NCBI GenBank assembly: GCA_049654745.1
Contig: JBASIK010000183.1
Coordinates: 1,001 to 65,000 of the forward strand
Reading direction: 5' to 3'
Origin: Bacteroidales bacterium
GTDB taxonomy: Bacteria; Bacteroidota; Bacteroidia; Bacteroidales; VadinHA17
Length of the DNA: 64,000 nucleotides
Shown: in pieces, positions 38,568 to 48,152 of the stretch
Layout of the letters: every line of letters begins with the position of its first letter
Numbering within the stretch: the first letter of the stretch is position 1
Program-made: the position numbers and the translations under genes
The notes under the pieces: generated by a model
Database searches by the model: none
Told to the model about the DNA's origin: nothing
Seen by the model: only the letters and a program-made list of their open reading frames with translations

Positions 38568-39506
38568 ATGATAGCTAATAAAAAAGAACCGTGTAATAAT
38601 TACTCCGTACTGATTACTGGCGGCAGCGGTATGGTTGGAAGATATCTTACATCTTTTCTGCTTGAAAAAGGTTATACAGTATCACACCTGTCAAGAGTTG
38701 CTAATCTATTCGGAAGAGTCAGAGTCTTCCGCTGGGATCCAGAAAAGGAAATACTGGATCCTTCTGCTCTCGAAAATACAGATTATATCATTCATCTTGC
38801 AGGTGCGAATATTGGAGAGAAACGATGGACGGAAAAAAGACGAGAAGAAATTATTAGAAGCAGGGTGGATTCGGCCAATTTGCTTTTAAATACTGTAATA
38901 ATAAACCGGTTTCCATTAAAAGCTTTTATCTCAGCTTCGGCAACAGGCTATTATGGTTCTATAACCTCAGAGACAATTTTTACTGAAGAAATGGGTCCGG
39001 GAGAAGATTTTACAGGTATTGTATGCCAGAAGTGGGAAGAAGCTGCTGAAAAATTTGCAAAATCAGGTATAAGAACTGTAAAATTAAGAACTGCTGTTGT
39101 ACTGGAAAAAAATTGTGCTGTTCTTAAAAAGCTTCAGCTAACTGAGCCATTTGGTATCCTACCTGTTCCTGGAAGCGGAAAACAATATTTCCCATGGATA
39201 CATATTAGTGACCTCTGCAAAATATATATCAAAGCTGTTGAAGACAGCCAGATGAACGGTGCCTTTAATGCCTGCGCCCCTGAACAGATTACTTTTATTG
39301 ATTTTGTTAAAAAATACGCTGAGCTTACAGGAAAAAAGAAGATTATTACAAAAGTACCGGCGGTTTTACTTAAAATTGCTTTCGGAAAAATGTCTGAAAT
39401 AATTCTTCAAGGAAGCAGAGTATCATCTTCAAAATTAATTTCAGCGGGTTTTACTTTTGATTTTCCCACCATGGATAAAGCTCTTAAAAATATATTAGGT
39501 TCCTGA
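38568..39506 (+). CDS. TIGR01777/YfcH-like NAD-dependent epimerase family protein
   Basis: Rossmann motif ITGGSGMVGRYL. The C-terminal DUF1731-like tail reads QGSRVSSSKLISAGFTFDFP. Confidence 0.75.
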   Translation: MIANKKEPCNNYSVLITGGSGMVGRYLTSFLLEKGYTVSHLSRVANLFGRVRVFRWDPEKEILDPSALENTDYIIHLAGANIGEKRWTEKRREEIIRSRVDSANLLLNTVIINRFPLKAFISASATGYYGSITSETIFTEEMGPGEDFTGIVCQKWEEAAEKFAKSGIRTVKLRTAVVLEKNCAVLKKLQLTEPFGILPVPGSGKQYFPWIHISDLCKIYIKAVEDSQMNGAFNACAPEQITFIDFVKKYAELTGKKKIITKVPAVLLKIAFGKMSEIILQGSRVSSSKLISAGFTFDFPTMDKALKNILGS

Positions 39507-39514
39507 ACAGAACT

Positions 39515-40855
39515 TTATCTTCCTCCTATCTGCATCTCAGCCACTCTGAAAGTAGGTGTGGCAAAAGTCCGGTTCATATCCAGGTCGTTCCCGACCATGT
39601 CAATTGCATTTAGAATTTCATCTGCTTTGCCTGCTATGGTTAGCCCTCTAACCGGATGAACTATTTCTCCATTTTCAATCCACAACCCTGAAGCTCCTCC
39701 ACTGAAATTACCTGTTACAGGATCAATTCCGTAACCAGTTACCTCCTTCACGAGAAAACCTCTGCGTGTAGCTGCTATTATTTCGTTCTTCAGACTTTTC
39801 CCAGCCGGAACATATACATTATGCACGCCTATTCCAGGCAGAGAACTGAAGCCACCTCTTGTGGCATTTCCAGTACTCTTTACACCTGCCCTTTTTGCAG
39901 CTTTAAGATTATATATAAAACTCTTTAGAATGCCATTTTCAACAATAATATTTTTTATTGTTGGAACACCTTCACCATCGAACGGGCAACTTGCAAGTCC
40001 TTTTGGTTTTATTCCGTCGTCAACTATTGTCAGTAGGGGTGATGCAATTTTTTCGCCTAGTGAATTGCGCAGAAAACTTGCTCCCTGAATAACCCGTTCC
40101 CCATTAACTGCAGAGAGAATCCCCCCAAGAAGAGACCGGCCGACATCAGCATCAAATATTACAGCTGCCCTTTGTGTGCTGACCATAACGGGGTCGAGCA
40201 TTTCGAAAGCTTTCCGAGCAGCTACTGCTGCAATCTCTTCGATAGGAAGAAGATCCTCATAAAATACACGCGAACAGCTTTCATCTCCAGTGGTTTTCTG
40301 CTCACCTTTCTCAGCCACAACGCTTACACCCAAAGAGCATGAACTTGTTTTGTAATTCTTCAGTATACCATTAGAATTGGCAATATAAATTTCTGTCTCC
40401 CTCTCCCTGTAAGATGAACCTGAACTTTTTGTAATTCTCTGATCCTTTAAAGCTTCCTTTTCAAGTTCAATTGCCATTTTAATTTTATTGTCAACCGGGA
40501 TATTCCCCAAATTCTGATCGTATAAACCATTAACCTCTGAAACAGTATTGTCATCGGTCAGAACATTATACTCATCAGGCGTAGAAAGTTTTGCAAACTC
40601 AATTGCCCTTAAAATTGCCTCTTCAACTGATCTGTCTGAAAAATTATTACAATGGCTGAAACCCATTCTGTTACCCGTAAAAACCCTGAAACCTACCCCT
40701 TGTGTTGAGGCCTCTTCAATTGTTTCTATTTCAGAATTCAGAATCTGTATTGAAAGATTTCTTCCCGACTGAAAATATACCTCAGCAACATCTGCCCCAA
40801 GTTTCAGGCATTTTTTAAGCAGTTTCTCAACAAGATTTATATAATTCATATTCAT
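39515..40855 (-). CDS. pmbA: PmbA/TldE family protein (no signal peptide, no HExxxH)
   Basis: 446 aa with a TldD/PmbA fold pattern and the C-terminal GG-rich region GNFSGGASGLWIENGE. It lies 13 nt downstream of tldD. Confidence 0.8.
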   Translation of the reverse strand: MNMNYINLVEKLLKKCLKLGADVAEVYFQSGRNLSIQILNSEIETIEEASTQGVGFRVFTGNRMGFSHCNNFSDRSVEEAILRAIEFAKLSTPDEYNVLTDDNTVSEVNGLYDQNLGNIPVDNKIKMAIELEKEALKDQRITKSSGSSYRERETEIYIANSNGILKNYKTSSCSLGVSVVAEKGEQKTTGDESCSRVFYEDLLPIEEIAAVAARKAFEMLDPVMVSTQRAAVIFDADVGRSLLGGILSAVNGERVIQGASFLRNSLGEKIASPLLTIVDDGIKPKGLASCPFDGEGVPTIKNIIVENGILKSFIYNLKAAKRAGVKSTGNATRGGFSSLPGIGVHNVYVPAGKSLKNEIIAATRRGFLVKEVTGYGIDPVTGNFSGGASGLWIENGEIVHPVRGLTIAGKADEILNAIDMVGNDLDMNRTFATPTFRVAEMQIGGR

Positions 40856-40868
40856 ATGTTTTTAAAAT

Positions 40869-42395
40869 TCAACCCCTTGTACCTCCAACGTTTATTCCTC
40901 TTATTCTTACTGTAGGCTGCCCAGCAGTAACTTCGGCTGATTGCCCTTTCCCGCATATACCAGGACCAAAATCAAGGTCATCCCCAACTGCATCAATGTT
41001 TGTTATAACATCCATGCATGAGCCTATTAGTGTAGCACCTTTAACCGGGTAAGTCTTTTTTCCGTTTTCAATTAAATATGCTTCCCGGCAGGTAAAATTA
41101 AATACTCCGGTTACTGGATTTACACTGCCTCCGCTCAGGCTTTGCACATATAATCCTTTTTTGGTTGAAGCCAGAATATCTTCAGGTTTGTCTTTCCCTT
41201 TCTCAATAAAAGTATTGGTCATTCTGGGAATTGGAATGTTTCTGAATGATTCTCTTCTTCCGTTTCCTGTTCTTGGCAACGAAAGTTGTTTTGCACTCAG
41301 TACATCAGTCATGTAACCTTTTAATATGCCATTTTCAATCAACACGTTACGTTGCACCGGAGTACCTTCATCATCAAAATCGATTGTGCCTCTGAAGTTG
41401 GGCAATGTTCCATCGTCAACCATTGTAAAACAATCGCTTGCAACCTTTTTACCAAGCTTTCCTGTAAATGCTCCTACACCTTTGGCAATATTATCAGCCT
41501 CAAGAGGATGCCCCACTGCCTCATGCACCAGAACACCTCCCCATCCGTTTTGCATAACCACGTCCATCACTCCAGCAGGAGCATCCTTTGCCTCCAGCAT
41601 TGCAATTGCTTCCCGTGCAGCATTTTGTGCCACTTTTTCTGGTGTCACAAGATCAAACATCTCAAAACCCGAATGATAACTTAACCTCTCTCTTGCCATA
41701 TGTCTTGAATTACCATCATCACTCATTACCTGCACAATGAAAAACAAAAGAGGTAATTCGTTTCTGCAGTAAATCCCTTCGCTTGTTGCAATAATCCTTG
41801 ACCTTATCTCATCATTATACTCAATAATGGTCATTTTTATGCGCCTGTCATACGAAAGGGCAGCCTGATCAGCTCTCTGAATGATTTCCAGGCGCTTTTC
41901 ATCAGCAACATCCTGCAATGGCACCTTCACTGTAATATATGAAGGGTTTTCTGCAACTTCCACCGGTCGGGGGATTACCAGGTTACCGTTTTGTGCAACG
42001 TATGAAGCTATCTCAGCAGCCCGTAACAGCTTATCATAACTTATCTCTTCCGTGTAAGCATAACCGGTACGGTTTCCTGATATAACCCTTACTCCTGCTC
42101 CCTGACTGACCCCATATAAACCACTCTTGAATTTTGACTCTTCCATCAAGATTTGCCTTGTTATCCGGTTCTCAATGTAAATATCAGCATAATCACCACC
42201 CTTTTTCAGAGCATGGGCAATAACTTTATCAAGCATCTCACGATTTATTTCCGGCGGAGGAAACATATTCTGTTTTCCCGAACATGAAGTAAGATACTCA
42301 ATCATATACGGCGAGGCAGCTATTATAATACCTCCCTTAATCCCAAGCTTAAGAAACTTTCTTCTCGGAATATCGGAAACATAGGTTCTTTTCAT
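40869..42395 (-). CDS. tldD: TldD family metalloprotease with a Tat signal/lipobox
   Basis: Twin-arginine motif IPRRKFLKLG, possible lipobox LTSC, and metal motif HEAVGHPLEAD. Confidence 0.85.
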   Translation of the reverse strand: MKRTYVSDIPRRKFLKLGIKGGIIIAASPYMIEYLTSCSGKQNMFPPPEINREMLDKVIAHALKKGGDYADIYIENRITRQILMEESKFKSGLYGVSQGAGVRVISGNRTGYAYTEEISYDKLLRAAEIASYVAQNGNLVIPRPVEVAENPSYITVKVPLQDVADEKRLEIIQRADQAALSYDRRIKMTIIEYNDEIRSRIIATSEGIYCRNELPLLFFIVQVMSDDGNSRHMARERLSYHSGFEMFDLVTPEKVAQNAAREAIAMLEAKDAPAGVMDVVMQNGWGGVLVHEAVGHPLEADNIAKGVGAFTGKLGKKVASDCFTMVDDGTLPNFRGTIDFDDEGTPVQRNVLIENGILKGYMTDVLSAKQLSLPRTGNGRRESFRNIPIPRMTNTFIEKGKDKPEDILASTKKGLYVQSLSGGSVNPVTGVFNFTCREAYLIENGKKTYPVKGATLIGSCMDVITNIDAVGDDLDFGPGICGKGQSAEVTAGQPTVRIRGINVGGTRG

Positions 42396-42467
42396 ATATT
42401 TATTTATTCTGTTAATGATTTTTCTGATTTTTCCTGAGTTGTGAAGATAGTTATATCAATTTAATTA

Positions 42468-44426
42468 TTAAAAAGATTGTTTTATATAAAATTCCTTGTT
42501 TTTTAAAACTCCGCCTCTGGTGGAATAAACACTCGCTTTTCCACTGAGATCACTGTTACCATAAACTCTCACTTCAAAAATCACAGTAGAAACAGCTCCT
42601 CCTTTTGTATCCGGAACATTTTGTGAAATGCTCCTCAACGCACTTCTTTGCTGTAGTACAGGGCTATCTGAAAAAGCATCTCTGCCAGAGCGGTTTTCTC
42701 TTCCCTGCTCAGGCGACGGACTCAATACTTTAAATATTCGTCTATCCCCTTTAAAAGCAGCTGAATCAATTTCAATTACAACACGGTCGTCCCTCACAAT
42801 CTTCACCAGATGCGCTTGTTTAAGAGCTGTTGGAAGTAAACCGGTATTCTTATAGCTAATTCTAATCTGATAATCTGCTGAATCCTTTCTATATGATTTT
42901 ATCTTTTTTATTTCAATATTTTCCCATTTAAGCTCAGGCAGAGCTTTTATTAATTCAAGATTAAATAGAGCTTGATTTGATACCCATTTTTCAAGATATC
43001 GGGGCGGTGGATTCTGAGAAAAGAATTTTGGGTTGAATCCGCCCAGCTCAACATCACCGTAAACTGGATGCCTGGCAGGTTTCCATTCAATAAACCCATC
43101 ACCGTTGTTTTCTTCGTCATCCCATTTAAGTATTTCACTCTGGTCAATTGTACCGTCACCGTTATAATCTTTGTTCCTCCCCCCATTCCATATTTCATCA
43201 CCGTACCAGATTGCGCCAAAGTACCAGTATCCAAAATCAGGGCCGTGTCCAAAAAGCGGATTACCACGGTTATAATCATTAAATACATCCCCTGCTCTTG
43301 AATATCCTGTTATTTTCTTGCCGAGCTCATCAAAATATCTATACCAGCTCAAGTCTTCAGGATACATTCTTTCTTCCGACGCAGATGTTGAAGGTGCTCT
43401 TAGATGCATGGGGACGCTTGTATCCATTGAATTTACAACGTAAACGTTAGGATGTGACAGTAAAAAAGTAACCACCGTCCTTGTTTCTGTTTCGCTGAGC
43501 GGATATTCACCTGCACCTGACTGGGTATAACCACGACCGGTTTCTTCTGATTGCGGCCTCCAGTTTTCAGGATAATTCCTGTGCAGGTCCAACCCTCCGA
43601 TGCCATCTTCATTCACCCTTCCGTCGCCGTCATTATCAAAACCTTCCTGTGCAACAAGATAGATCCCCTTACCTGCTGGTACCTGTTTCATTAATCTGCC
43701 CGTTGGATAAGCCGGATCGGGAATATATGTTCCCCTCTTCTCATCTTTCCATCTCATATTTAATATTAAGCCATCACCGTCCAGATCTTCAGGCGAATCT
43801 TCATCCAGTAATCCGTCACCGTCGTTGTCAAATGGCCTTACTGTACTCCGATTGCTTTGAGTAGTTTTCAGGTAAAGGTTATGTCCATCCGGATTGTTTA
43901 CAGGTCTTATGTAAATAGTTCGCGTATCTACCAGATGAGTTATTTCAGGATCTTTCCCATAATTCTCAACCAGGTATTTAATAAGCCATAAAGCACTCTC
44001 TGAAGCTGTAATCTCTCCACTGTGACGCCCACCTTCAAAATACGCCCCAGGCTTTTCAGTGTCTTTCCCACTACTCCTGGCAGAAATAGTTACCTGATAT
44101 ATAGGCCTTCCTTCATAGCTGCGTCCAACTTCGTAAAGCTGAAGAATGTCAGGATACTTTTCTGCCCATCTTTCAAGCCACATGTAAATTACTTCCAGAG
44201 AATGATACCTGTCAAAACTCAATGTTTCACCTGCTTCATATTCAACACCGCTATATATTACTTGAGGAAAATAACTTACTCCATGTCTGAAACCGGTCAA
44301 CAGGTAATTCGACTTTTTCTCTCTGCCGGTTGCTGAGTCACCCTGAGAGCCAATATTATTATAATTCTGGCTTATCAGAAATCTGCTGGTCAAAAGTAAT
44401 ACTATTAAAAAAATTATCTTTTTCAT
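42468..44426 (-). CDS. secreted M14-family zinc carboxypeptidase with DxDxDG calcium-loop inserts
   Basis: Signal peptide is present. The zinc site reads GRHSGE, with DLHRNY downstream. Inserts are FDNDGDGLLDEDSPEDLDGDG, FDNDGDGRVNEDG and YNGDGTIDQ...NNGDGFIEW. Confidence 0.8.
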   Translation of the reverse strand: MKKIIFLIVLLLTSRFLISQNYNNIGSQGDSATGREKKSNYLLTGFRHGVSYFPQVIYSGVEYEAGETLSFDRYHSLEVIYMWLERWAEKYPDILQLYEVGRSYEGRPIYQVTISARSSGKDTEKPGAYFEGGRHSGEITASESALWLIKYLVENYGKDPEITHLVDTRTIYIRPVNNPDGHNLYLKTTQSNRSTVRPFDNDGDGLLDEDSPEDLDGDGLILNMRWKDEKRGTYIPDPAYPTGRLMKQVPAGKGIYLVAQEGFDNDGDGRVNEDGIGGLDLHRNYPENWRPQSEETGRGYTQSGAGEYPLSETETRTVVTFLLSHPNVYVVNSMDTSVPMHLRAPSTSASEERMYPEDLSWYRYFDELGKKITGYSRAGDVFNDYNRGNPLFGHGPDFGYWYFGAIWYGDEIWNGGRNKDYNGDGTIDQSEILKWDDEENNGDGFIEWKPARHPVYGDVELGGFNPKFFSQNPPPRYLEKWVSNQALFNLELIKALPELKWENIEIKKIKSYRKDSADYQIRISYKNTGLLPTALKQAHLVKIVRDDRVVIEIDSAAFKGDRRIFKVLSPSPEQGRENRSGRDAFSDSPVLQQRSALRSISQNVPDTKGGAVSTVIFEVRVYGNSDLSGKASVYSTRGGVLKNKEFYIKQSF

Positions 44427-44499
44427 CTCGTTTTTTAAGGCCTGAATTTAAATTATTTTATACTATAATCAAATTTCTTGCTGTTTAAATAGCGAGGTG

Positions 44500-44507
44500 T
44501 ATATTTG
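44500..44507 (+). promoter_or_regulatory. candidate -7 box for the PHP phosphatase gene
   Basis: TATATTTG lies 43 nt upstream of the ATG at 44550. The track ORF start (TTG at 44505) is part of this box. Confidence 0.35.
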
Positions 44508-44549
44508 CTTCAGATTTATTCAATAGAAATAAACTGTAAAATAACATTT

Positions 44550-45356
44550 ATGCTATATATTACTGATTATCACATCCATACAAATTACAGCGATGGTACT
44601 GCAGAACCTGAAGAATATATTTCAACAGCAATTAAAAAGGGCTTTAAAGAAATTGGGTTTTCAGAACACCTTAACCTGTTCAGAACAGATCTTACATGGT
44701 GCATTGATATGCAGAAAGTTCCCGATTATATCAGCCACATATCAAGTCTGAAAAATCAATTGGATAATATTAAAATCAAAACAGGTTTCGAAATAGATTA
44801 TTACCCTGGCAAGGAAAAGGAAATTAATGATATTATTTCATCCCTGAATATCGATTATGCAATTGGTTCAATCCATTTCATAGGTGAAAATACCGTTGAC
44901 AGCAGTGAGGACTTTTATAATGGTAAATCGTTTAATGATATTTTCGTTCATTACTTTGAAATTGTCTTTGAGGCAATTAAATCAGGACTGTTTGATTTTA
45001 TTGCTCATTGTGACCTTATAAGGATTTTCGGCCTGAAATATCAGGGAAATCCGGAGCCTCTTTACAGGCATCTTGCTCATCTTATGGCAAAGCATGAAGT
45101 AGCACTGGAGATAAATACAAACGGAAAAAACAAACCTTTAGGGGAATTTTATCCTGATGTAAGGTTCCTCCATTTATTCAAAAAAGAGAATGTACCCGTA
45201 TGTGTCAATTCAGATGCACATAATCCCGGGCGAATAGGTGAATATTTCAGTGAAGCTTACCAGTTGCTTAAAGACGCAGGATATACTGAGATGTGTACTT
45301 TCAACAGAAGGGAAAGATATATGATACCTGCTGATTTCAGTCTTTTATCCACCTGA
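44550..45356 (+). CDS. HisJ-family histidinol-phosphatase-like PHP domain protein
   Basis: PHP metal motif DYHIHTNYSDG, then FSEHL, SIHF and NSDAH. Confidence 0.75.
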   Translation: MLYITDYHIHTNYSDGTAEPEEYISTAIKKGFKEIGFSEHLNLFRTDLTWCIDMQKVPDYISHISSLKNQLDNIKIKTGFEIDYYPGKEKEINDIISSLNIDYAIGSIHFIGENTVDSSEDFYNGKSFNDIFVHYFEIVFEAIKSGLFDFIAHCDLIRIFGLKYQGNPEPLYRHLAHLMAKHEVALEINTNGKNKPLGEFYPDVRFLHLFKKENVPVCVNSDAHNPGRIGEYFSEAYQLLKDAGYTEMCTFNRRERYMIPADFSLLST

Positions 45357-45908
45357 TAGGTGTTCAGTAAATATTTTAACTCCTATCCCTATAAGAATAA
45401 CTCCACCCATTATTTCTGCATATTTTCCAGTTTTTTCTCCTGCTGATTTACCTATTCGTATAGCTGTCATTGAGGCAAGAAATGTAACAATCGCAATTAC
45501 AGCTCCAGAGAACCATATTCTTGCCTGCAGTAAAGCAAAACTTATACCTACCGCAGCTGCATCAATGCTGGTACTTAATGCTATGGCTATAAGTTCAGGC
45601 GTTCGTGTGTAGTCCCTTGGTTTAAGATGCTGTTTCTTCTGGATACCTCCGGCAATCATTCTAATGCCAATAACAAGTAAAAGTATTAAAGCAATCCAGT
45701 GATCCAGTAATTTCAAAGGTCCACTAACCACTGTCCCTGCAAAATATCCCGTTACGGTTAGCCCTCCCTGAAACAATGCCATTACAATTGCCACCCTTAT
45801 TGCCTGAGCAAAAACAATCCTGCTGCATGTTATACCGAAAACCACTGATGCAGCAAATGTGTCAAATGACAAACCGAGAGCAATTAAAAGAATTGTAACA
45901 AAATCCAT
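45345..45908 (-). CDS. mntP: manganese efflux pump MntP
   Basis: Six TM helices. The N-terminus LGLSFDTFAAS and the repeat ALSTSIDAAAVG are typical of MntP. The start is set at MDFVTI. It overlaps the convergent PHP gene by 12 nt. Confidence 0.85.
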   Translation of the reverse strand: MDFVTILLIALGLSFDTFAASVVFGITCSRIVFAQAIRVAIVMALFQGGLTVTGYFAGTVVSGPLKLLDHWIALILLLVIGIRMIAGGIQKKQHLKPRDYTRTPELIAIALSTSIDAAAVGISFALLQARIWFSGAVIAIVTFLASMTAIRIGKSAGEKTGKYAEIMGGVILIGIGVKIFTEHLSGG

Positions 45909-45924
45909 CACAAAAAAAATTGGA

Positions 45925-45932
45925 CAAATATA
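45925..45932 (-). promoter_or_regulatory. candidate -7 box for mntP
   Basis: The minus strand reads TATATTTG, 17 nt upstream of the ATG at 45908. Confidence 0.35.
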
Positions 45933-46033
45933 CCGGAAAAGTCTACACTCTTTCTGAAATTCCACAAAATTATTTTATTATTATCATTAAGTTTGCTCAT
46001 GATATTTTCCAAATTCCAATATCAAATTTAACC

Positions 46034-47635
46034 ATGGTACGTTTAACTGTTTTTCTGATTATCGCTATCTCTTTATTGTCCTGTAAAAAATCTGATAATT
46101 CGGTTTTCAAAGAAGCTTCAGACAATAGTATTCTTTCAAATGAAGGCTTTAACCGTTGCATAGCTTATGTTAATGCATGGAGTCGCCATGCTGATCCTGA
46201 AAGTGGTCTAATTCCACGCAATTTAAGAGAAAGCATAGACTACTGGAATGCATGGGATGCAGCAGCAGATAATTATCCCTTTATGGTTCTTACGTCATCG
46301 TTGCTTATGCCCGATTTTTTCAATACTACTGCAGTAAAAATGCTTGAAAATGAAAGAAAATTAACGTCAAGGATCGGAAAACTGCCCGATACATATTCGT
46401 TTTCCAGGAAAGGTTTCAGAAACGAGGTAATTGATACTTCACAAATAATATTTGGATCTGCTGAATACATGAAAGACGGACTCATACCTATAATCGAATG
46501 GCTTGGAAAAAGTATATGGAGTGACAGGATGCTTGAAATACTGGAGGATTTCCAGAAAATTACAACAGTGGTTAAAGAACTAAAGGGAAGTTCTTTTGGA
46601 AGGAATGCAGTTGTTGAGGTCAACGGCGATCTATTGCAGACTCTTTCGAGAATGTACTGGTTTACCGGTAACCGGAAATACCTTGAATGGGCTGCCGAGA
46701 TTGCAGACTATTACCTGAGTGATGAAAATCTTATCACACAACATTCTGACCATATTCGCATTAGGGATCACGGCTGCGAAATTTTATCTGGGCTTTGCGA
46801 AGCCTACCTTGCAGCTTACTATGTATGGCCGGAAAAAAGAGCACAATGGCGAAAAAACTTGCATATTATGCTCAATAGAATACTTGAAGTCGGAAGAAAT
46901 GAAGATGGTTTATTTTACAACGAAATAAACCCTCAAACAGGCGAGATAATATCTGATGGTATTGCCGACACTTTTGGATATACTCTCAATGCGTATTATT
47001 TTATTGCGGATATTGATTCCGTTCCAGAATACAGAGAAGCTGTAATTAAAGCACTTGATATTCTATACGATAATTACAGGAATTTCAACTGGGAAAATGG
47101 TGGATGTGACGGATATGCTGATGCCATCGAAGGTGCACTTAATCTGTACAACAGAATTCCATTGCCCAAACTGAAAAAATGGATTGACAGCGAAATCAGG
47201 ATTATGTGGAATTACCAGAAACCTGATGGCATTATAGAAGGCTGGCACGGCGACGGTAATTTTGCTAGAACAACAATTATGTATTGCCTCTGGAAAACAC
47301 AGGGAATAATCCCAGACCATTGGGACGAAAAACTGAAAATTGGCGCTGTATACGAATCTGGCCAACTTAAAATTGCAGCGAGTTGTGAAAACGTATGGGA
47401 AGGTAAATTGCAATTCGGCATCCCAAGGTATAAAGAAAAAATGCATCTCCCGGTAGACTATCCAAGAATTAACCAGTTTCAACAGTGGTTTATCCCTGAA
47501 TATGACAAAGTATATAAAGTGTTTTTCAAGCCCGGTAATAAGATGAAAAAATTCTCCGGCAGGGAACTTATTGAAGGCATGCCTTTAAAACTGATTCCGG
47601 GTGAAGAGATTTTCATCACAATAAAAAGCAAATAG
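46034..47635 (+). CDS. hypothetical lipoprotein of unknown function, helix-rich
   Basis: The start is set at MVRLTVFLIIAISLLSCKK (lipobox LLSC). The protein is 533 aa and Trp/Tyr-rich. No motif I can assign. Confidence 0.5.
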   Translation: MVRLTVFLIIAISLLSCKKSDNSVFKEASDNSILSNEGFNRCIAYVNAWSRHADPESGLIPRNLRESIDYWNAWDAAADNYPFMVLTSSLLMPDFFNTTAVKMLENERKLTSRIGKLPDTYSFSRKGFRNEVIDTSQIIFGSAEYMKDGLIPIIEWLGKSIWSDRMLEILEDFQKITTVVKELKGSSFGRNAVVEVNGDLLQTLSRMYWFTGNRKYLEWAAEIADYYLSDENLITQHSDHIRIRDHGCEILSGLCEAYLAAYYVWPEKRAQWRKNLHIMLNRILEVGRNEDGLFYNEINPQTGEIISDGIADTFGYTLNAYYFIADIDSVPEYREAVIKALDILYDNYRNFNWENGGCDGYADAIEGALNLYNRIPLPKLKKWIDSEIRIMWNYQKPDGIIEGWHGDGNFARTTIMYCLWKTQGIIPDHWDEKLKIGAVYESGQLKIAASCENVWEGKLQFGIPRYKEKMHLPVDYPRINQFQQWFIPEYDKVYKVFFKPGNKMKKFSGRELIEGMPLKLIPGEEIFITIKSK

Positions 47636-47666
47636 GAAGTTAATCTTCATTTTTCAAACATGTTTT

Positions 47667-47674
47667 TATATTTG
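47667..47674 (+). promoter_or_regulatory. candidate -7 box for dtd
   Basis: TATATTTG lies 23 nt upstream of the ATG at 47697. Confidence 0.35.
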
Positions 47675-47696
47675 GCTCTGTAAAATTTGCTTATAA

Positions 47697-48152
47697 ATGA
47701 GAGTTGTAATACAAAGAGTCAAAAGGTCTTCAGTTACAGTGGATGGTGAGTTGATTTCACAGATCGGTCCCGGTCTGCTTGTCCTCGCAGGCTTTGAGGA
47801 TGCAGACACTGATGAAGATATTGAATGGCTGAGCAATAAAATAGTTAACCTCCGTATATTCAACGACAATGAAGGCGTAATGAATCTTTCAGTGAAAGAA
47901 ACAGGAGGTAATATACTGGTAGTCAGCCAGTTTACTCTTCATGCACTGACAAAAAAGGGAAACAGACCTTCATACATAAGGGCTGCCCATCCTGATAAAG
48001 CAATTCCTTTGTATGAAAAATTTATTGAAGCTCTTTCCGAACGGCTTTGTAGAAAAACAGCTTCAGGAAAATTTGGTGCAATGATGGATGTTGAACTTAT
48101 AAACGATGGCCCCGTTACAATAATTATTGACACAAAAAACAAAGATTTCTAA
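47697..48152 (+). CDS. dtd: D-aminoacyl-tRNA deacylase
   Basis: 151 aa. MRVVIQRV at the N-terminus, SQFTL in the middle, and a GPVT-containing C-terminus. Confidence 0.9.
   Translation: MRVVIQRVKRSSVTVDGELISQIGPGLLVLAGFEDADTDEDIEWLSNKIVNLRIFNDNEGVMNLSVKETGGNILVVSQFTLHALTKKGNRPSYIRAAHPDKAIPLYEKFIEALSERLCRKTASGKFGAMMDVELINDGPVTIIIDTKNKDF

Noticed and set aside
45909-46033. Looked for a yybP-ykoY manganese riboswitch in the mntP leader.
   Set aside because: The leader from the -7 box to the ATG is only about 17 nt. The whole spacer is AT-rich, with no GGGGAGTAG-like conserved core.
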